DNA from: Leptolyngbyaceae cyanobacterium
GTDB taxonomy: Bacteria > Cyanobacteriota > Cyanobacteriia > Phormidesmidales > Phormidesmidaceae
Length of the DNA stretch: 44,987 nt
Assembly (NCBI GenBank): GCA_050331235.1
Contig: JBHJHA010000076.1
Coordinates: 1 to 44,987, forward strand
Direction: 5' to 3'
Shown here: positions 42,387 to 44,987 of the stretch, one piece after another
How the letters are laid out: every line of letters begins with the position of its first letter
How positions within the stretch are numbered: the stretch's first letter is position 1
Program-made: the position numbers and the translations under genes
The notes under the pieces: model-generated
What the model saw: only the letters and a program-made list of their open reading frames with translations
Told to the model about the DNA's origin: nothing
Databases searched by the model: none

Positions 42387-44594
42387 ATGGCAACTAAATT
42401 CCCAAAATTTAGCCAAGCGCTAGCGCAAGATCCGACTACCCGTCGGCTCTGGTACGGGATTGCTACGGCTCACGATTTTGAAAGCCACGATGGTATGACG
42501 GAGGAAAATCTTTATCAAAAGATCTTTGCTTCTCACTTTGGCCACCTGGCAATCATTTTCTTGTGGACCTCTGGCAACCTCTTCCACGTTGCTTGGCAAG
42601 GTAACTTCGAACAGTGGATTAAAGATCCGCTCAATGTCCGCCCGATCGCCCACGCGATTTGGGATCCTCACTTTGGTCAGCCAGCGGTGGATGCGTTCAC
42701 CCAGGCTGGTGCGTCTAACCCTGTGAATATTGCTTTCTCCGGGGTTTACCACTGGTGGTACACCATTGGTATGCGCACCAATAGTGACCTTTACACCGGC
42801 GCAGTATTCTTGCTGATTTTGTCAGCAGTTTTCTTATTTGCTGGTTGGTTGCACTTGCAACCTAAGTTTCGTCCCAGCTTGTCCTGGTTTAAGAATGCTG
42901 AATCTCGTTTGAACCACCACTTGGCGGGTCTCTTCGGCGTCAGCTCTTTGGCTTGGACTGGTCACCTGGTGCACGTCGCTATCCCTGAGTCTCGGGGACA
43001 GCATGTGGGTTGGGATAATTTCCTGACTACCCCTCCCCACCCGGCCGGTCTCGGTCCCTTCTTTACGGGTAACTGGGGTGTGTACGCTCAGAGTCCGGAT
43101 ACGGCTGACCATGTCTTTGGTACGGCTCAAGGCGCTGGCTCTGCAATCCTGACCTTCTTAGGTGGTTTCCATCCGCAGACCGAGTCCCTCTGGCTGACGG
43201 ATATGGCGCATCATCACTTGGCGATCGCAGTGATCTTCATCATTGCGGGTCATATGTACCGCACCAACTTTGGGATTGGTCACAGCATCAAGGAAATCTT
43301 GAATGCTCACACCCCTCCCGCAGGTACGCCCGGTGATTTGGGTGAAGGCCACAAGGGTCTGTATGACACCCTGAACAACTCCCTACACTTCCAGTTAGCT
43401 TTGGCGCTGGCAAGTTTGGGGGTAGTCACCTCTTTGGTGGCACAGCACATGTACGCCTTGCCGCCCTATGCCTTTATGGCTCGGGACTACACGACCCAGG
43501 CAGCGCTTTACACTCACCACCAGTATATTGCTGGCTTCATTATGGTGGGGGCGTTTGCCCACGGGGCGATCTTCCTAATTCGGGACTACGATCCCGCTGC
43601 GAATAAGAACAACGTCCTTGATCGCGTTCTGCAGCATAAGGAAGCTATTATTTCGCACCTGAGTTGGGTATCCCTATTCCTGGGTTTCCACACGTTGGGT
43701 CTGTATGTCCACAACGACGTCGTTGTGGCCTTTGGTACACCTGAGAAGCAGATTCTGGTTGAGCCAGTCTTTGCCCAGTGGGTTCAGGCTGCTTCCGGTA
43801 AGATGATCTACGGTTTTGATACGTTGCTATCGAACCCTGACAGCATTGCTCAAACCGGTGCCGCTTGGCTTCCTGGTTGGATGGATGCGATTAACAACTC
43901 CTCCAACTCTCTGTTCTTGAACATTGGTCCTGGTGACTTCCTCGTCCACCACGCGATCGCCCTCGGTCTGCACACCACCACTCTGATTTTGGTCAAGGGT
44001 GCGTTGGATGCTCGCGGTTCGAAGCTGATGCCCGATAAGAAAGATTTCGGCTACAGCTTCCCTTGTGACGGTCCGGGCCGGGGTGGTACTTGCGACATCT
44101 CTGCATGGGATGCGTTCTACCTCGCCATGTTCTGGATGTTGAATACCATTGGTTGGGTTACCTTCTACTGGCACTGGAAGCACTTGAGCATCTGGTCTGG
44201 CAACGTGGCTCAGTTCAACGAAAACTCAAACTACCTGATGGGTTGGCTACGGGATTACCTGTGGCTCAACTCCTCTCAGCTCCTCAATGGCTACAACCCC
44301 TACGGTATGAACAACCTGGCGGTTTGGGCTTGTTTGTTCCTCTTTGGGCACCTGGTCTGGGCAACGGGCTTTATGTTCCTAATCTCCTGGCGGGGTTACT
44401 GGCAAGAGCTGATCGAGACCATCGTTTGGGCCCACGAGCGCACTCCTCTGGCAAACCTCGTTCGCTGGAAGGACAAGCCTGTGGCAATGTCCATCGTTCA
44501 GGCTCGGGTTGTTGGTTTGGCTCACTTTACGGTGGGTTACATCCTGACCTATGCCGCCTTCCTGATAGCATCGACCTCAAGCCGCTTTGGCTAG
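42387..44594 (+). CDS. psaB: Photosystem I P700 chlorophyll a apoprotein A2
   Basis: [28 protein letters not shown] and [24 protein letters not shown] motifs. Confidence 0.99.
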   Translation: MATKFPKFSQALAQDPTTRRLWYGIATAHDFESHDGMTEENLYQKIFASHFGHLAIIFLWTSGNLFHVAWQGNFEQWIKDPLNVRPIAHAIWDPHFGQPAVDAFTQAGASNPVNIAFSGVYHWWYTIGMRTNSDLYTGAVFLLILSAVFLFAGWLHLQPKFRPSLSWFKNAESRLNHHLAGLFGVSSLAWTGHLVHVAIPESRGQHVGWDNFLTTPPHPAGLGPFFTGNWGVYAQSPDTADHVFGTAQGAGSAILTFLGGFHPQTESLWLTDMAHHHLAIAVIFIIAGHMYRTNFGIGHSIKEILNAHTPPAGTPGDLGEGHKGLYDTLNNSLHFQLALALASLGVVTSLVAQHMYALPPYAFMARDYTTQAALYTHHQYIAGFIMVGAFAHGAIFLIRDYDPAANKNNVLDRVLQHKEAIISHLSWVSLFLGFHTLGLYVHNDVVVAFGTPEKQILVEPVFAQWVQAASGKMIYGFDTLLSNPDSIAQTGAAWLPGWMDAINNSSNSLFLNIGPGDFLVHHAIALGLHTTTLILVKGALDARGSKLMPDKKDFGYSFPCDGPGRGGTCDISAWDAFYLAMFWMLNTIGWVTFYWHWKHLSIWSGNVAQFNENSNYLMGWLRDYLWLNSSQLLNGYNPYGMNNLAVWACLFLFGHLVWATGFMFLISWRGYWQELIETIVWAHERTPLANLVRWKDKPVAMSIVQARVVGLAHFTVGYILTYAAFLIASTSSRFG

Positions 44595-44622
44595 CTAGGT
44601 CGAGCCGTTAGGTGAATAAACG

Positions 44623-44655
44623 AAAACCGCTCTAGATTCTCTGGAGCGGTTTTTT
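44623..44655 (+). terminator. Intrinsic terminator of psaAB, possibly bidirectional
   Basis: AAAACCGCTCTAG-ATTCT-CTGGAGCGGTTTTTT stem-loop with a T-run. Confidence 0.9.
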
Positions 44656-44987
44656 GATTGTAGCCACATCAATATGATTGTGATCTATAGTCATTCGACA
44701 TAAGTTTGAGAATGAAAAGAACGGAATATCAAAGCTTACAGAGGTATTCTTTTCTCATTCTTAACTGGAATCACTATAAAGCCGTACTTCAAGCTTTTCG
44801 TTGTTCTTTTTGACGTTTGAAGAGATCACAGCTTCCGGCAGCGATACTTCCCCTAACCATGAATGAATCTGTGACTGAAACACCTGCTATGAAAACTTCT
44901 AACTCCTCACTGCATGCGGTCAATGGTGCGGTATTGGATGGCTTCGGCGACATGCTGCGCTTTTAGGCCGTCAGCGTTATCGAGATC

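Noticed and set aside
40097..44594. psaAB as far-red (FaRLiP) or chlorophyll d-type paralogues
   Set aside because: No rfpABC, chlF, apc or psb paralogue cluster is nearby, and the A0 Met ligands (SLMFL, GFMFL) are canonical. This looks like the housekeeping operon.

Overview
A 45-kb stretch of cyanobacterial core genome, identified by psaAB, pipX and dense HIP1 (GCGATCGC) octamers; the style is most consistent with a filamentous Leptolyngbya/Nodosilinea-type lineage, which is an inference. Gene order: 5'-truncated outer-membrane porin; rrf2 (CymR-like)-cysK; ArnT-type glycosyltransferase; J-domain protein; der(engA)-ecfT(ycf92)-trpE/pabB-like; pipX-pipY-sepF-proC; plsY; Ser/Thr kinase-WD40; GGDEF-EAL; pentapeptide-repeat protein; helical membrane protein; Ycf55/DUF3685 regulator; mnmG; truncated cold-shock-domain ORF; MalK-like ATPase; ParC-like GyrA paralogue divergent from a DivK-like receiver; creatininase-family protein; CNNM/CorC; MFS; CBS-like/degenerate-MCP protein; larB(cpmA); HExxH membrane protein; acidic lipoprotein; psaA-psaB. 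I found no rRNA, tRNA, CRISPR array, transposase or phage gene, and I cannot honestly point to a wholly new multi-gene system. The best leads are: (1) an Rrf2 regulator ending in a CysK-binding-type tail (LMYYI) next to cysK, with an IscR-like operator over its own promoter; (2) a soluble, orphan, degenerate chemoreceptor-like protein with a CBS-like input domain; (3) a nested hairpin in the psaA 5' leader; (4) unusual PsaB residues near the P700 ligand, either real or sequence error; (5) a structured sepF leader. All family calls come from motif recognition by eye, not database searches.
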